Below are positions 16,188 through 27,562 of a stretch of DNA of 64,000 nucleotides, piece after piece. The DNA is from an uncultured virus (IMG/VR IMGVR_UViG_3300032038_000019) (Duplodnaviria; Heunggongvirae; Uroviricota; Caudoviricetes): the IMG/VR virus record IMGVR_UViG_3300032038_000019. One strand, written 5' to 3'. The position numbers were made by a program, and so were the translations under genes. The stretch's first letter is position 1. Every line of letters starts with the position of its first letter. The notes beneath the pieces are model-generated. The model made no database searches, was not told the origin of the DNA, and worked only from the letters and a program-made list of their open reading frames with translations.

Positions 16188-17807
16188 TTAAACGTTAATG
16201 TTAGAAAGGATTTCTTGATTCAATGCAGAATCAATAACTTCCTCCATACTAATAGGTTTATTTTCAATCATTTCACGGGCTTCAATTTCCTCCCCACAAA
16301 TCATAGAAATGATAGAACCATCAAAACCGCTCATAAAATAACACCCACCGTCATCAATAGTGGCAGGAAAATCAGTCTTAGCACGTGATGTGCAATCCCA
16401 CCATATGAATCTGAACGAATTAACCCAATCAGTAGGGAAGCATTCATATAACTTTTCTTTAGCTACTTCATAGTTAGTTTTACTGTCAGCCCCATGTTTT
16501 CCACATGGGTTAAACTGCATGTCACTAACTACTAAAAGTGTCTTTGGATAATCTTCCAAAGGAATCTTAGGATTCTGCTTACGAATTCTAACAATTTCGT
16601 CAACAACACTTTGGAAATTTGTACCACCCCAAGCAGTATTACTATCAACAATACTACCAATCATATCAGTAAAATCACCTTCAAGCTGCTTTACGTGTGA
16701 TACACTGTCAAACATAATCACATTCTTATGGAATGCCCCCTCATTTAATGTTGAAAAGAATACACCCAATGAAATACAAATATCATAAGCACTAATATCG
16801 CCATTGACTCTTGTAGTCATAGAGCCAGATGTATCAAGTGCACACCATACATTACCAGTGATTTTTTCATCTTTTTTAGCTTTGCTAATAAGTTCGTCAA
16901 ACTGCTTATTCCAAGTAACCTTCTGATATAGAGGTGCACCATCTCGTTTGGAAATAACTTGATGACCAAGTTCATGCACATATCCAGTAAACTTAGCTGT
17001 AGGCTGCTTAAGCAACCATTCTGTATAAGGTTTTACTAACCCTTGATTTTTCAAAAGTTTACTATTCGCAATAATATTGAGTGCCTTACCTGGAATAAGA
17101 TTCCAATTAAGTTTATCAAAATTCTTAGAGCAAATAATTTTCTGAAAATCGTGAGCTGTACCACTTGTCTTTAAATGATTGTAGTCTTTATAAGACAATT
17201 TACAGAAATTAGCAAAATCTTTTGCCAACTGATTGGTTATTTTTGTCCAATCAGTCTTGCAACGATTTGAACTTGTCTTGATACGTGGCATAAACTTTTT
17301 AATTAAGTTTACGTGTGTTTCACATTCCAAGCCTTTTTTCAAAAGTGTGAACATAATGGTGTTATCGAGAACATTGGTCTTCAGTACAACATCATAGTAC
17401 ATAAGAGTCCAAATATCTTTCCAAGAGCCTACTATTGGTAATACCCAAATGTTTTTATACAATTCATCAGGATGGAAAGCTGCCAACCAAAGAATTCGCT
17501 TCAAAGATTCATCACGTGTGCCTTGACCTTTCTGAACCTTTTCAGTTTCATTTTCTTTGTTTATTCTAACTTTACGTGTAATCAAACGTAAATAGAAAGG
17601 AAAGCGTAGTGCTTTTTCTGCATCTTCTTCCCAAAGAGCTTTTTGGTCAGCAAATACTTCATCTAATGCTCTGCCTCTATAGTTTCCTGCTTTGCCGAAT
17701 TGGTCTACCATTGCAGTTCCAGCTGATTTATTTGTTAAAGCACCATTTTCAGTCAATGTCATACCGTTGAAATTCAATACGTCTATAAAACTATTTTTGC
17801 TTTCCAT
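16188..17807 (-). CDS. DUF2828-family protein with C-terminal vWA domain (Ro60/TROVE-related)
   Basis: TENGA, GQG.R, GSWKD, K.MPR, MIDAS DTSGSM, GGTNF, VVSDMQFN, SGF; start MESKN lies below the promoter at 17834. Confidence 0.85.
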   Translation of the reverse strand: MESKNSFIDVLNFNGMTLTENGALTNKSAGTAMVDQFGKAGNYRGRALDEVFADQKALWEEDAEKALRFPFYLRLITRKVRINKENETEKVQKGQGTRDESLKRILWLAAFHPDELYKNIWVLPIVGSWKDIWTLMYYDVVLKTNVLDNTIMFTLLKKGLECETHVNLIKKFMPRIKTSSNRCKTDWTKITNQLAKDFANFCKLSYKDYNHLKTSGTAHDFQKIICSKNFDKLNWNLIPGKALNIIANSKLLKNQGLVKPYTEWLLKQPTAKFTGYVHELGHQVISKRDGAPLYQKVTWNKQFDELISKAKKDEKITGNVWCALDTSGSMTTRVNGDISAYDICISLGVFFSTLNEGAFHKNVIMFDSVSHVKQLEGDFTDMIGSIVDSNTAWGGTNFQSVVDEIVRIRKQNPKIPLEDYPKTLLVVSDMQFNPCGKHGADSKTNYEVAKEKLYECFPTDWVNSFRFIWWDCTSRAKTDFPATIDDGGCYFMSGFDGSIISMICGEEIEAREMIENKPISMEEVIDSALNQEILSNINV

Positions 17808-17944
17808 ATCTATTCTCGTTATTTGTTTACATTTGCAAATATATATATAATTTTCTGTATTACCAAATAAAATCTTAGTTTTTTTCATAAATAACAGCAT
17901 ATTTAACTTCTATTAACTATTTATATAGGAAATAGAAGCTAAAT

Positions 17945-18349
17945 ATGAATATACATAATATTATTAATGAAGAAATAAATAGATTTCTAACTGAAGACAT
18001 TTTTGGCGAAGAAAGTAAAAGCAAAAACCCTAAATCAGATGATGTACGTAAAGGCGCTATTAATATGGGTAATGGCAGAAGAGGTGATTTTAACGCCAAA
18101 TTGGATAGGGAAACTAACCCTAATCTAAATAATGGTGATGCTGAAGAAATAGCAAGAGCACTTGACAATGATGTAGTAAATGTAGCTGCTGTTGCTAAAC
18201 AGCTTTATCCTTCTTTGACTCCGCAAGGTGCACAATCTAAATTGAGAAAAAAAATTAAACATATTAAAAGTGACAGTGGTACACCTTATAAGCTTAAAAA
18301 GAAAGAAGCATTCAAAGCACGTAGAATTATCGCAAAAGAAATGGAATAA
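17945..18349 (+). CDS. Probable internal head / DNA-binding protein
   Basis: N-terminus IINEEINRFLTE; basic HTH-like C-terminus. Confidence 0.6.
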   Translation: MNIHNIINEEINRFLTEDIFGEESKSKNPKSDDVRKGAINMGNGRRGDFNAKLDRETNPNLNNGDAEEIARALDNDVVNVAAVAKQLYPSLTPQGAQSKLRKKIKHIKSDSGTPYKLKKKEAFKARRIIAKEME

Positions 18350-18352
18350 ACG

Positions 18353-18390
18353 AAATATGGGTAATAAGAATAATCTTATTACCCATATTT
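18353..18390. terminator. Bidirectional terminator
   Basis: AAATATGGGTAATAAG/CTTATTACCCATATTT. Confidence 0.8.
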
Positions 18391-18392
18391 TT

Positions 18393-19301
18393 TTAAAATT
18401 CACTATTAACTATTTTGGCATATTCCTTTTTCAAACGTTCATTAATAGATTTTCTCATTTGACGTATGCGTTCTGTTGTTAAGCCAACTCTTTGCGCAAT
18501 TTCTTCATTGGTCAATTCACGGAATTCGCCAATTCCAACAGCCATTTTTGCAATAGCACTTTCTCTAGGTGTTAAAACTTTTAACAAAGATGATGTTAAT
18601 CTTTTATTATAATCATCACGTTCAGTTTTTTCATATCCGTTACCATTAGCCGAATACGAATTATATGTTGCAATACCAGCAAGATTCGCATCGTCATCAT
18701 CACCACTACTTTCTTCGTCAATATATGTATAACGAACATCAAGCATATCTGAAGAATCCTTAATTTTAAGATTATAATCCTTATTTACAAGTTCTTTAAG
18801 TTCATCAGATGTAGGCTGCCTTCCATTTTCTTGCAAGAATTTATTTCTTGCTTGGGAAAGAACGTGATAAGTTTTAGAAATGTTGCTTTTTTTAACAATA
18901 GAGCCATTATTAACCATATATTGATTAATAGCACGTCTAATATAATGTACTGCAAAAGTGACAAATCGAACAGTCTTACCGTTAGGTTTAATGTTTGGGT
19001 CAAAAGCTTCCAATGCTTCAATAAGTCCAATATTGCCTTCATCAATTAAATCCATTAGATTATTATTATTAGCATAAGCTCTTGCTACTGATACAACAAA
19101 TCGTTGGTTTCCGTTGATAAGCATTGCCCTTGCTTTTTCCCTTTCTTTTCTTGTACCATTTTTTAAGATTTCGAAAAGCATTTCTTCATCTTCAGGTTTA
19201 ACACTGTTATCATATTTCTTAATATCATTGAAATAACTAACAAGTGTGTTTGTTCTTTCGAAATACTTACCATTAGTCTTAAAATTAGTTACCATTGCCA
19301 T
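18393..19301 (-). CDS. RNA polymerase sigma70 factor (RpoD/RpoS-like)
   Basis: NQRFVVSVAR.Y, DLIDEGNIGL, F.TFAV.YIR, region 4 EEIA...GLT.ERIRQ. Confidence 0.93.
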   Translation of the reverse strand: MAMVTNFKTNGKYFERTNTLVSYFNDIKKYDNSVKPEDEEMLFEILKNGTRKEREKARAMLINGNQRFVVSVARAYANNNNLMDLIDEGNIGLIEALEAFDPNIKPNGKTVRFVTFAVHYIRRAINQYMVNNGSIVKKSNISKTYHVLSQARNKFLQENGRQPTSDELKELVNKDYNLKIKDSSDMLDVRYTYIDEESSGDDDDANLAGIATYNSYSANGNGYEKTERDDYNKRLTSSLLKVLTPRESAIAKMAVGIGEFRELTNEEIAQRVGLTTERIRQMRKSINERLKKEYAKIVNSEF

Positions 19302-19306
19302 TATAT

Positions 19307-19831
19307 TTATCCTCTCTTCTTTAAAATTACTATTGTTTTATTTCCTTCGTCTTTTGGCATACTTTCTGGTGTTGCCACTTCTTCTAAACCCCTAATAAAG
19401 AGATATATAGACTTTTTATTGTCTTCACGTCTTGATAGTTCACGTCCTTTCATAGTAAGAACTACTTTAACCTTACTACCCTCTCCAATGAACTTCTTTG
19501 CTTGGTTAACCTTTGTTTGTAAATCGTGGTCTGCTATATTAACGCTTAACTGAACTTCTTTTAAAGGTTTTGCGCTAGCTTTGTTCTTCTTAGCAGCTTT
19601 TTTAAGTTCATAAAGCATCTTCTCGTAACTTGCGATTTTACAAATTGGCGTTGGTGCTTTTTGATTGATTTCAATCAAATCAAGTTCCATTTCTGAAGCA
19701 ATTGCTTTAGCTTCTTTTAGAGTAACAATTTTACTCTCAATACCTTCGCCAACGATTCTAACCAAATCTTCGTGAATATCATTATTGATTAGATATTTAG
19801 GTTTCACGAAAGTGTTTTTGTTTTTAGCCAT
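19307..19831 (-). CDS. infC: Translation initiation factor IF-3
   Basis: IN..I....VR, A...ELDL.EI...A..PICKI..Y.K..Y, I..HD..TK, KVKV....KGRE. Confidence 0.93.
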   Translation of the reverse strand: MAKNKNTFVKPKYLINNDIHEDLVRIVGEGIESKIVTLKEAKAIASEMELDLIEINQKAPTPICKIASYEKMLYELKKAAKKNKASAKPLKEVQLSVNIADHDLQTKVNQAKKFIGEGSKVKVVLTMKGRELSRREDNKKSIYLFIRGLEEVATPESMPKDEGNKTIVILKKRG

Positions 19832-19926
19832 CTATTAAACTATAATGTTATTTGATTTTGTCATAATTGTGAGTGCAAATATAACATTTTATTTTTAAAG
19901 TAAAAAATATACTATGTTAAAAGTTA

Positions 19927-20298
19927 TTAATCGCCAACCTTTTCCCAAAGTAATTCATTGTCTTTACATTTATAATCCCCTTCAGTTAAACCGCCTTTAG
20001 TAGCATAGAAATGAATTAATGATTCAATGTAGAAAAAGTTGTCTACGATGTAATTATGCACTTCAAGCATATGGTTTTCTATTTCATCAGGGAATGCTTT
20101 TCCATCGGGGTCTTCTTCAGTACCTTTAATATATGAATCTTGATACCCTAATATTAGTGATAAGTCCTCTAATAGGTGATTTCCAAGATTATAAAGGTGT
20201 GTTTTATCAAATACTATTTTATTATCACCTTCTTCTTGTTCATAAAAAAACGGTATTAATTTTAAATGCTCTTTAGTTAATACTATATGTTTAATCAT
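19927..20298 (-). CDS. Hypothetical protein
   Basis: 123 aa ORF. Confidence 0.7.
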   Translation of the reverse strand: MIKHIVLTKEHLKLIPFFYEQEEGDNKIVFDKTHLYNLGNHLLEDLSLILGYQDSYIKGTEEDPDGKAFPDEIENHMLEVHNYIVDNFFYIESLIHFYATKGGLTEGDYKCKDNELLWEKVGD

Positions 20299-20363
20299 AT
20301 TATTTGGTTAATATAACGTTATTTTTTTTAATTATTATGTCACAAATATTAAAAATAGTTAAT

Positions 20364-20972
20364 TTAGTTTTTTGCATGTCCATTTAGTGATTTAAGTAGT
20401 TTTTCTTTTTCTTTTCTTTTGGCAACTATTTCATAATATTTTTTAACATCTGTTTTTTTAATTTCAAGTTCTTTAGCTCTTGTTTCTTTTATCATTTCAT
20501 CCCTACTTTTTTGCACATAATCGTATATAGTTATATTGACGTTAGTTGCACATTTTTTAAAAATATCTACTATTCTATCTTTATTGCCATTCCCATCAAA
20601 TTTACTATTACCCAATAAAGTACAAGCTAAATGTTTACCTTTGTATAAAACATTAATTATTTTTAATGCATTTTCAAGTGAATCATATGACAAAAAATCA
20701 GTTTTTAAATCTGGTCTTGTGTTAATCCCATCGTTTATAAAGCATAAAATAAATGTTGGCTTTCCTTTTGATTTGCACTCAATAATTTCACCCATTTTAT
20801 TTTTATCACCATACTTAGTTTTTAAGTTTTCTTCATAAACATATGGATAATTTAGCATAACTATACGCTGAAAACCATGTCGCATGGCATAACACGTATT
20901 CGTACCAACGATTATAGCGTCATACTCTGCAACATGGTCATTCAATTCAATATCTTTAATAAAGTCTATCAT
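20364..20972 (-). CDS. Macro-domain-like protein
   Basis: DAIIVGTN..YAM..G, GEII, YDSLE.AL, A...LG pattern. Confidence 0.55.
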   Translation of the reverse strand: MIDFIKDIELNDHVAEYDAIIVGTNTCYAMRHGFQRIVMLNYPYVYEENLKTKYGDKNKMGEIIECKSKGKPTFILCFINDGINTRPDLKTDFLSYDSLENALKIINVLYKGKHLACTLLGNSKFDGNGNKDRIVDIFKKCATNVNITIYDYVQKSRDEMIKETRAKELEIKKTDVKKYYEIVAKRKEKEKLLKSLNGHAKN

Positions 20973-22027
20973 TATTTAGCAGAAAAACCAACTTGTGTAG
21001 GTTCATTTTCAGTAGTATTATATCGTCCTTTACGTTTGATTGCGTCATTTATTCTTTCGAATATCTCATCTTCAGGGATATCATCAACGTAAATTCCTTG
21101 AACTACTTCCTTGACAAAATCAAATGTGTAGCCTTCAGACTTTTTAACAAGTCTATCAATATCTTCGCCAACTTTCTCATCTATTTCAATACCAGCGTCA
21201 GCAAGCTTTTGAGTAATGTAGAATTTTCTAACTTCTTCGTTAGGCTTTTTATATTCTATTTTAATATTAAATCTACTTGGTCTTGCAGTATATTGTTCGC
21301 CAATATCATTTGGGTAGTTAGTAGTTGCAATAGTAACTACGTTGTTAAATTGCTCTGAACCGTCAAGAATCTGTAAAAGTAATGCTGAAAGATAATCTTT
21401 TCTTATTAGCCTTTCAAAATCTTCTATAATTGTGATTACCTTTCTATCAGGTTCAACTTGGCGAACTCGTTGCATTAACTTAGGATAAGCTTCAAGTGCT
21501 TCTTCATCATCAATGGAAATAATAATGCCATTATGTTCTTTAATTAATTCATTAGCTAAAATATTAATTAAAGATGTCTTGCCATTACCAGGAACTGAAT
21601 ACAACAAAATATTACGTTTGTATACGTTACCAAATTTTTTATATCGTTCTTCGGAAGCCCAAAAATGCTTAATGTCATCAAGAACTGTCTTGTGTATGTC
21701 ATTTGGTAAATCATATAATTTAGGTAACACTACATCTTTTGGTGTGGCATATATTTCACCATTATAATGATTTACTTCTGGCTTATAATATCCAGCAGGT
21801 AAAACTTCAATTGTTGACTGCATTGGCATATAATGCCCATCTTTTAGGACATATTGTGTAAACTTTGGTAAGTTCTTGCCTTCTTCATCATTCATAATTT
21901 TACCCACTTTTACTAAATTTTTCATTTCGTTATAATCTTCGTTTAAATAACTTTCATCGTCCTCATAAACCCATTCATCTACTGAACTAATGGTTTCGTC
22001 TGAAGACAAATTAATTAAATTACTCAT
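20972..22027 (-). CDS. AAA+ ATPase
   Basis: [36 protein letters not shown]. Confidence 0.9.
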   Translation of the reverse strand: MSNLINLSSDETISSVDEWVYEDDESYLNEDYNEMKNLVKVGKIMNDEEGKNLPKFTQYVLKDGHYMPMQSTIEVLPAGYYKPEVNHYNGEIYATPKDVVLPKLYDLPNDIHKTVLDDIKHFWASEERYKKFGNVYKRNILLYSVPGNGKTSLINILANELIKEHNGIIISIDDEEALEAYPKLMQRVRQVEPDRKVITIIEDFERLIRKDYLSALLLQILDGSEQFNNVVTIATTNYPNDIGEQYTARPSRFNIKIEYKKPNEEVRKFYITQKLADAGIEIDEKVGEDIDRLVKKSEGYTFDFVKEVVQGIYVDDIPEDEIFERINDAIKRKGRYNTTENEPTQVGFSAK

Positions 22028-23094
22028 TTAAAATTTTCACTTTCTTTTAACTTATTAAGCATTTCTGCTTCTTCAGCATTTATTTTCTTCGGGATTTTTA
22101 ATCTGACAATACCTATCATATCACCTTTTGATTTAGTTCCATAAATAGGCAGTCCATATCCCTTGAATCTTATCTTATACCCATCTTCAACACCACTTGG
22201 TATTTTTGCTAAAAGTTTTTTACCATCTATTGTATTTATTTGCCTTTCAGTACCAAGTATTGCATCAATAACAGGTATTTCTAAGTTAAAAATGATATTA
22301 TTTTCTTGTCGTTTAAATATATTATGCTCTTTTTCTACAAGGTCAACAATAAGGTCTCCGCAAACACCTTTACCACCTACAGGTGCATTTCCTTGACCGC
22401 TTAAAACCATTTGCATACCACCAATAGCACCTTTTGGTATACTAATTGTAGTTTGTCGTTCTGATTGCTTAACTGCTTTACCGTTACACTCCTTACAAGG
22501 GTTTGATAACTTCTTACCAGTTCCACCACAATCATTGCAAATAGTTATGCGTTGCCAACTACCAACTTGTGAAAAGTTTTGTCCTGTTCCGCCACAAGAT
22601 TTACATCTTTCATATGATGGCTCACCATCAGCGCCAGTACCATTACATTTTTCGCAAGGAACATAACATCTATATTTTATTTTCTTTTCGCATCCATTAT
22701 TGCAATCTTCAAGTGTTATACCTACTCTAACCCTTAAACTTGTACCTTTCCTTTTAACTTCTTGTCGTGCGTTACTACCGCCAAACATATCACTAAAACC
22801 ACCTCTAAACCCACTATTACCAAAGCCGAATTCTCGCAAAATATCGTCCATATTCATATTTGCGAACCCACCACCATCGAAGTTGGTTGTTGAAGGGTTA
22901 TCATATTCTTTCCTTTTATTTTCGTCAGAAAGAACCCCATAAGCTTCGCAAGCTTCCTTAAATTCTTCTTCATGCCCTGGATTTTTATCTGGGTGAAATT
23001 TAACAGCTAATTTTCGGTAAGCTTTTTTTATCTCATCTTGTGAAGCATCTTTATTAACACCAAGTATTTTATAATAATCTTTTCTTTCTGCCAT
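22024..23094 (-). CDS. dnaJ: Chaperone DnaJ
   Basis: J-domain HPD, G/F-rich region, four CxxCxGxG-type repeats. Confidence 0.97.
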   Translation of the reverse strand: MAERKDYYKILGVNKDASQDEIKKAYRKLAVKFHPDKNPGHEEEFKEACEAYGVLSDENKRKEYDNPSTTNFDGGGFANMNMDDILREFGFGNSGFRGGFSDMFGGSNARQEVKRKGTSLRVRVGITLEDCNNGCEKKIKYRCYVPCEKCNGTGADGEPSYERCKSCGGTGQNFSQVGSWQRITICNDCGGTGKKLSNPCKECNGKAVKQSERQTTISIPKGAIGGMQMVLSGQGNAPVGGKGVCGDLIVDLVEKEHNIFKRQENNIIFNLEIPVIDAILGTERQINTIDGKKLLAKIPSGVEDGYKIRFKGYGLPIYGTKSKGDMIGIVRLKIPKKINAEEAEMLNKLKESENFK

Positions 23095-23193
23095 TTTTAT
23101 TATTTCGTCAAGTTAATTCAAATATATACAAAATTATTTTTAAATGCAAATGCCAACATATAAAAATAGTTAAAGCCTAAGATTTTTTATGTC

Positions 23194-23766
23194 TTAGGCT
23201 TTAATTATATTCTTATTTTTAAAGTAAACAATTATCCAACCAATTGAGAATATCCAACTAATGCCCCATAGCAACAGACTTATATTCAAAGGAGGTGGCT
23301 TCAATAAGGATAAAAAGAATCCTAATATTGCTGCTGCATTAGACCATAAGTAAATATTATTGTCATAATTCTCACGCTCTCTATCCTTAAATATGATAGC
23401 CCTGAATGCATTGGTCATTCTGCCTATGTATACTGATATAACAGATGTGCAAATTAATTGCCCTATTGCATAAACCCACACATTAAAGTTAAACATCATT
23501 AAAAATGACAGTATTGTCCCAAATAATATTTCAATAACTGCAATTGGTAGATATCCATTGATTGATAATTGTCTGAATTTATCATTTTTCCACATCCATG
23601 CGAAAGCAACTCCGCTTATGGAAACAACAACATTCTGTAATGCAATCCATCTCGCAGGTAATAATGTGATGCATGTCTTTTGCAAAGTAGGCCATGCAAT
23701 GCACATTAAAACCATTGAAACAAATTCACAAACAATTAATATTGTTTGATTTGATAATTTATTCAT
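23194..23766 (-). CDS. Multi-pass membrane protein
   Basis: About 6 hydrophobic segments; stop/start overlap with dnaK. Confidence 0.75.
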   Translation of the reverse strand: MNKLSNQTILIVCEFVSMVLMCIAWPTLQKTCITLLPARWIALQNVVVSISGVAFAWMWKNDKFRQLSINGYLPIAVIEILFGTILSFLMMFNFNVWVYAIGQLICTSVISVYIGRMTNAFRAIIFKDRERENYDNNIYLWSNAAAILGFFLSLLKPPPLNISLLLWGISWIFSIGWIIVYFKNKNIIKA

Positions 23767-25640
23767 TAGCTCTTAACTTCTTCAGCATTAACTGTTTCAG
23801 CAGTTTCCGCTTCATTAGTTTGTCCATTTGTTGATTCTTGGTTTCCATAAATTTTAGCTGAGAATTCTTGCCAAGAATCAGAAATTTTCTTTTCTAACTC
23901 TTCGAATTTATCAGTATCTTTATTTTTGATAGCTTCTTTAAGTTCATCAATAGATGATTGAATTTTGTTTTTATCATCCTCAGTAAGCTTATCCTTAAAT
24001 TGGTCAATCATGCTTTCATTTTGGAAAACAATCGAATCAGCCTTATTTTGTGCGTCTACTGCTTCCTTAGCTTTTTTATCAGCTTCAGCATTAGCTTCAG
24101 CTTCTGCCTTCATACGCTTGATTTCCTCTTCGCTCAAGCCAGATGAAGCTTCGATACGGATGCTCTGCTCCTTACCTGTAGCTTTATCTTTAGCACTCAC
24201 ATTGAGAATACCATTTGCATCAATATCAAACGTAACTTCAATTTGTGGTATTCCACGTTTAGCTGGCAAAATGCCTGTTAAATTAAACTTACCAATAGAC
24301 TTATTCTGATTAGCCATTGGACGTTCACCCTGAAGTACGTGAATTGTGACTTCAGTTTGATTATCGGCAGCAGTAGAGAAAGTTTCAGTCTTCTTGCAAG
24401 GAATGGTTGTGTTAGACTCAATAAGCTTTGTCATTACGCCACCCATAGTTTCAATACCAAGAGTCAATGGAGTAACATCGAGCAATACGATATCGCCTAC
24501 ACCTGCTTCTTTATCAAGAACTGCGCCTTGAATTGATGCCCCAATAGCAACTGCTTCATCAGGATTAACACCCTTAGATGGTTCTTTACCAAAAATTTCT
24601 TTAACCTTATTCTGAACTGATGGAATACGTGTAGTACCACCAACAAGAAGAACTTGGTCAATATCTTTTGCTTCAATCTTAGCATCCTTAATGGCTGCAA
24701 GACAAGGTGCTTCATATGCCTTGTTTAAATCGTCTACAAGACGTTCAAATTGCGCTCTTGATAAAGTCTTCGTTAAATGCTTTGGAACTCCTCCTACAGC
24801 AGTAATATAAGGCAAATTGATGTCTGTTGAATCAGTTGATGATAGTTCAACTTTAGCATGCTCAGCTGCTTCCTTCAAACGCTGCAAAGCCATTGGGTCT
24901 TTACGTAAATCAACACCTTCTTCTTTATTAAATTCGTCAGCAAGCCAATCTACAATTTTAGCGTCATAATCATCGCCACCAAGGTGGGTATTACCATTTG
25001 TAGAAAGTACTTCAAATACTCCACCACCGAATTCAAGGATAGAAATATCGAATGTACCACAGCCTGCATCAAATACTGCAACTTTCATATCCTTGTCTGC
25101 TTTGTCAAGACCGTATGCCAATGCTGCTGCTGTTGGCTCATTAATAATTCTTCGAACGTTAAGTCCTGCAATCTGACCTGCTTCTTTAGTAGCCTGACGC
25201 TGAGAATCTGAGAAGTAAGCTGGCACTGTGATAACAGCATCAGTAACTTCTTGACCAAGATAGTCTTCTGCGGTCTTCTTCATTTTCTGAAGAATCATAG
25301 CTGAGATTTCCTGCGGAGTATACTTTTTACCTTCAATTGATACACGTGGGAAGCCATTTTCATTTACCACATCATATGGCACACGCTCAATTTCTTCTTT
25401 ACATTGGTCATAACTTTCACCCATAAAACGTTTAATAGAATAAACTGTTCCCTTTGGGTTTGTTACAGCTTGTCTTTTAGCACTTTCACCAATTTTTCGC
25501 TCACCATCTTTAACAAAACCGATGATAGATGGTGTTGTTCTCTTACCTTCACTGTTTACAATAACATTTGCTTCACCGCCTTCAAAAACTGACACACAAG
25601 AATTACCAGTTCCAAGGTCAATACCAATTGTTTTACTCAT
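23766..25640 (-). CDS. dnaK: Chaperone DnaK (Hsp70)
   Basis: [40 protein letters not shown]. Confidence 0.98.
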   Translation of the reverse strand: MSKTIGIDLGTGNSCVSVFEGGEANVIVNSEGKRTTPSIIGFVKDGERKIGESAKRQAVTNPKGTVYSIKRFMGESYDQCKEEIERVPYDVVNENGFPRVSIEGKKYTPQEISAMILQKMKKTAEDYLGQEVTDAVITVPAYFSDSQRQATKEAGQIAGLNVRRIINEPTAAALAYGLDKADKDMKVAVFDAGCGTFDISILEFGGGVFEVLSTNGNTHLGGDDYDAKIVDWLADEFNKEEGVDLRKDPMALQRLKEAAEHAKVELSSTDSTDINLPYITAVGGVPKHLTKTLSRAQFERLVDDLNKAYEAPCLAAIKDAKIEAKDIDQVLLVGGTTRIPSVQNKVKEIFGKEPSKGVNPDEAVAIGASIQGAVLDKEAGVGDIVLLDVTPLTLGIETMGGVMTKLIESNTTIPCKKTETFSTAADNQTEVTIHVLQGERPMANQNKSIGKFNLTGILPAKRGIPQIEVTFDIDANGILNVSAKDKATGKEQSIRIEASSGLSEEEIKRMKAEAEANAEADKKAKEAVDAQNKADSIVFQNESMIDQFKDKLTEDDKNKIQSSIDELKEAIKNKDTDKFEELEKKISDSWQEFSAKIYGNQESTNGQTNEAETAETVNAEEVKS

Positions 25641-25689
25641 TACTTTATTATATGTTTATTTAAAATTTTTATTAATATGTAATTATATA

Positions 25690-25706
25690 AGCAAATACCG
25701 TGCCAA
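25690..25706 (-). promoter_or_regulatory. Sigma54 (-24/-12) promoter of dnaK
   Basis: TTGGCACGGTATTTGCT matches TGGCACG-N4-TTGC exactly, 50 nt upstream of the ATG. Confidence 0.8.
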
Positions 25707-25707
25707 A

Positions 25708-26013
25708 CTATATAAAATTCATCTCATTTTTAAGTTTAGTCCACCTTTCGTATACCTCGCCATTTTGCGTGGTGAAAGGGATGGTAAAGTCGCCACCTAA
25801 AAATCTTATTGCTGACGTTCCATCATTAAAATGAAAAATTTTAGGCTCTACAACCGTAATTTCAGTTTTACCCTTATTCACATTAGTTAACCTATATGTG
25901 CATATACCATTTTTATTAATGGTTAAAATTGTTATCCAAGCATCATCTAATGCTTTTGTTGTATTTTTCCATTTGTATCTGCCAATATATTTTTCGATAT
26001 TTACATCGCCCAT
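25708..26013 (-). CDS. Hypothetical protein
   Basis: Likely start MGDVN below the promoter at 26027. Confidence 0.6.
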   Translation of the reverse strand: MGDVNIEKYIGRYKWKNTTKALDDAWITILTINKNGICTYRLTNVNKGKTEITVVEPKIFHFNDGTSAIRFLGGDFTIPFTTQNGEVYERWTKLKNEMNFI

Positions 26014-26098
26014 AAAATTAATTTTTTGCAAATATATAATAAAAAAACGAGAACCCAAAAAGGGCTCTCGTTAAATAATATTAATATTTTGTTTTTTT

Positions 26099-26542
26099 TT
26101 ATGCAAACCTATCAAAATCAGGTATATACTTTTCTTTAGGCTGAATATAATTATCAATATGATTTGTAATGTAAGTTAGCTTACCCAAAAGTTCTGCCAT
26201 AATCAAATCTTCAGTTAGCATTGTGACATCATTTGTTTCAATAGTACCTGCATCTTCGCCATTTTCAATACGTTTCTTAGCAATACGTATACCTTCTTCA
26301 CGTGAAAATTCATCTTCAGGATTGCAAATAGAAACACCTATTGTCAATGCCCTATGCAATCTCTTTTTATTAAATTTTAAAGTACCATTAGTATAAGTAT
26401 TTGGCTTAACTTCAACAGGAATTTCTACTTCACATTCTTTCTTAATAGTTTCCTGCGTAAACTTACCAACAACAGTCACTGTATGCTTGACGCCATTTGC
26501 ATCAATACCATCTGCATACAAATCATAAAATTTAGTCTTCAT
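26099..26542 (-). CDS. Conserved phage hypothetical protein
   Basis: G.SICNPED.F..E.G..IA..R motif. Confidence 0.7.
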   Translation of the reverse strand: MKTKFYDLYADGIDANGVKHTVTVVGKFTQETIKKECEVEIPVEVKPNTYTNGTLKFNKKRLHRALTIGVSICNPEDEFSREEGIRIAKKRIENGEDAGTIETNDVTMLTEDLIMAELLGKLTYITNHIDNYIQPKEKYIPDFDRFA

Positions 26543-26604
26543 TGTTTAAATTATTTTTTTCTAACTTATTATAATGTCAGTATGGCATACTGACAATTTG
26601 TCAC

Positions 26605-27312
26605 TTAGCCGACAAATTTAGGGTTTTCTTTCCTTATTTTTTTAACATATTCTTCAGCAGTTAAGTCACCTCTTTTTTCTTTGAAATATTTCCAAACCTT
26701 TTCCAAAGATATTAGTTTGCAATCTGCTAAAGGTGCGTCAAAACCTGCATTAACCATTAAATCATCAGTCTCTTCATCAAGAAAAGGATAATCCGAATGC
26801 ACGTGACCATATATTAAGGCTGCACCCCTACATTTATCTGGCCATGATACCATTGGGTAGTGACATAAGCAAGTTTTAAAATCTTCATCCAAAAAAGGGA
26901 ACGAATTTTTTTTAAACGTTACTTTTTTTACATAATCAATGCTTGCAAATTGGTTATAAAATTGAGGAATATATTTATCGTGATTACCAACTATAAGATG
27001 CATATTAGCACCTTTCTTTTTCAATTTTTGTATACACTTCCAAGCATCAACTTTATTGCCAAGAAAAACGTCACCTAATAAATAAACATGGTCTCCACGT
27101 TTAACTGTTTTGTCCCACATATCATATATGTATTCATCCATCCCTTTAATGTCGTCACCGCCTTTAAGATTAAGTTTTGATACTCTATTAGGCTGGTGAA
27201 ATAAAATATTTTTATGATGGATGTGCATATCAGCAATAAAATACACATTATATTGCATAGGTTTAGCTTTTATTGGCAAAGTTTCTTTTAATGTTTCTAC
27301 TTTATTTTCCAT
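26605..27312 (-). CDS. Calcineurin-like metallophosphoesterase
   Basis: D.H..H, LGD, GNHD, HYP, GHVH. Confidence 0.9.
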   Translation of the reverse strand: MENKVETLKETLPIKAKPMQYNVYFIADMHIHHKNILFHQPNRVSKLNLKGGDDIKGMDEYIYDMWDKTVKRGDHVYLLGDVFLGNKVDAWKCIQKLKKKGANMHLIVGNHDKYIPQFYNQFASIDYVKKVTFKKNSFPFLDEDFKTCLCHYPMVSWPDKCRGAALIYGHVHSDYPFLDEETDDLMVNAGFDAPLADCKLISLEKVWKYFKEKRGDLTAEEYVKKIRKENPKFVG

Positions 27313-27533
27313 TAAACTTTATTCTTAATAACTTCCCTATCAGAAAGATACTCATTATGCAGTTTGCTGTCTTTAATGATTTTTAGTAAAATATCAGCAT
27401 AGCCACCATTTACCATTCCACCTTCATAATATACGACAGGTTTACCATTATAAGTCATTACCCTAATGGAAGTACCTTCCTTAAGAGACCCTAATTCACA
27501 TTTATATTCTTTTTTAAAAACGTATTCTACCAT
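27312..27533 (-). CDS. Hypothetical protein
   Basis: 73 aa, overlapping stop/start. Confidence 0.65.
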   Translation of the reverse strand: MVEYVFKKEYKCELGSLKEGTSIRVMTYNGKPVVYYEGGMVNGGYADILLKIIKDSKLHNEYLSDREVIKNKV

Positions 27534-27562
27534 TTATTTAATATTTAATAGTATTATTTTAA

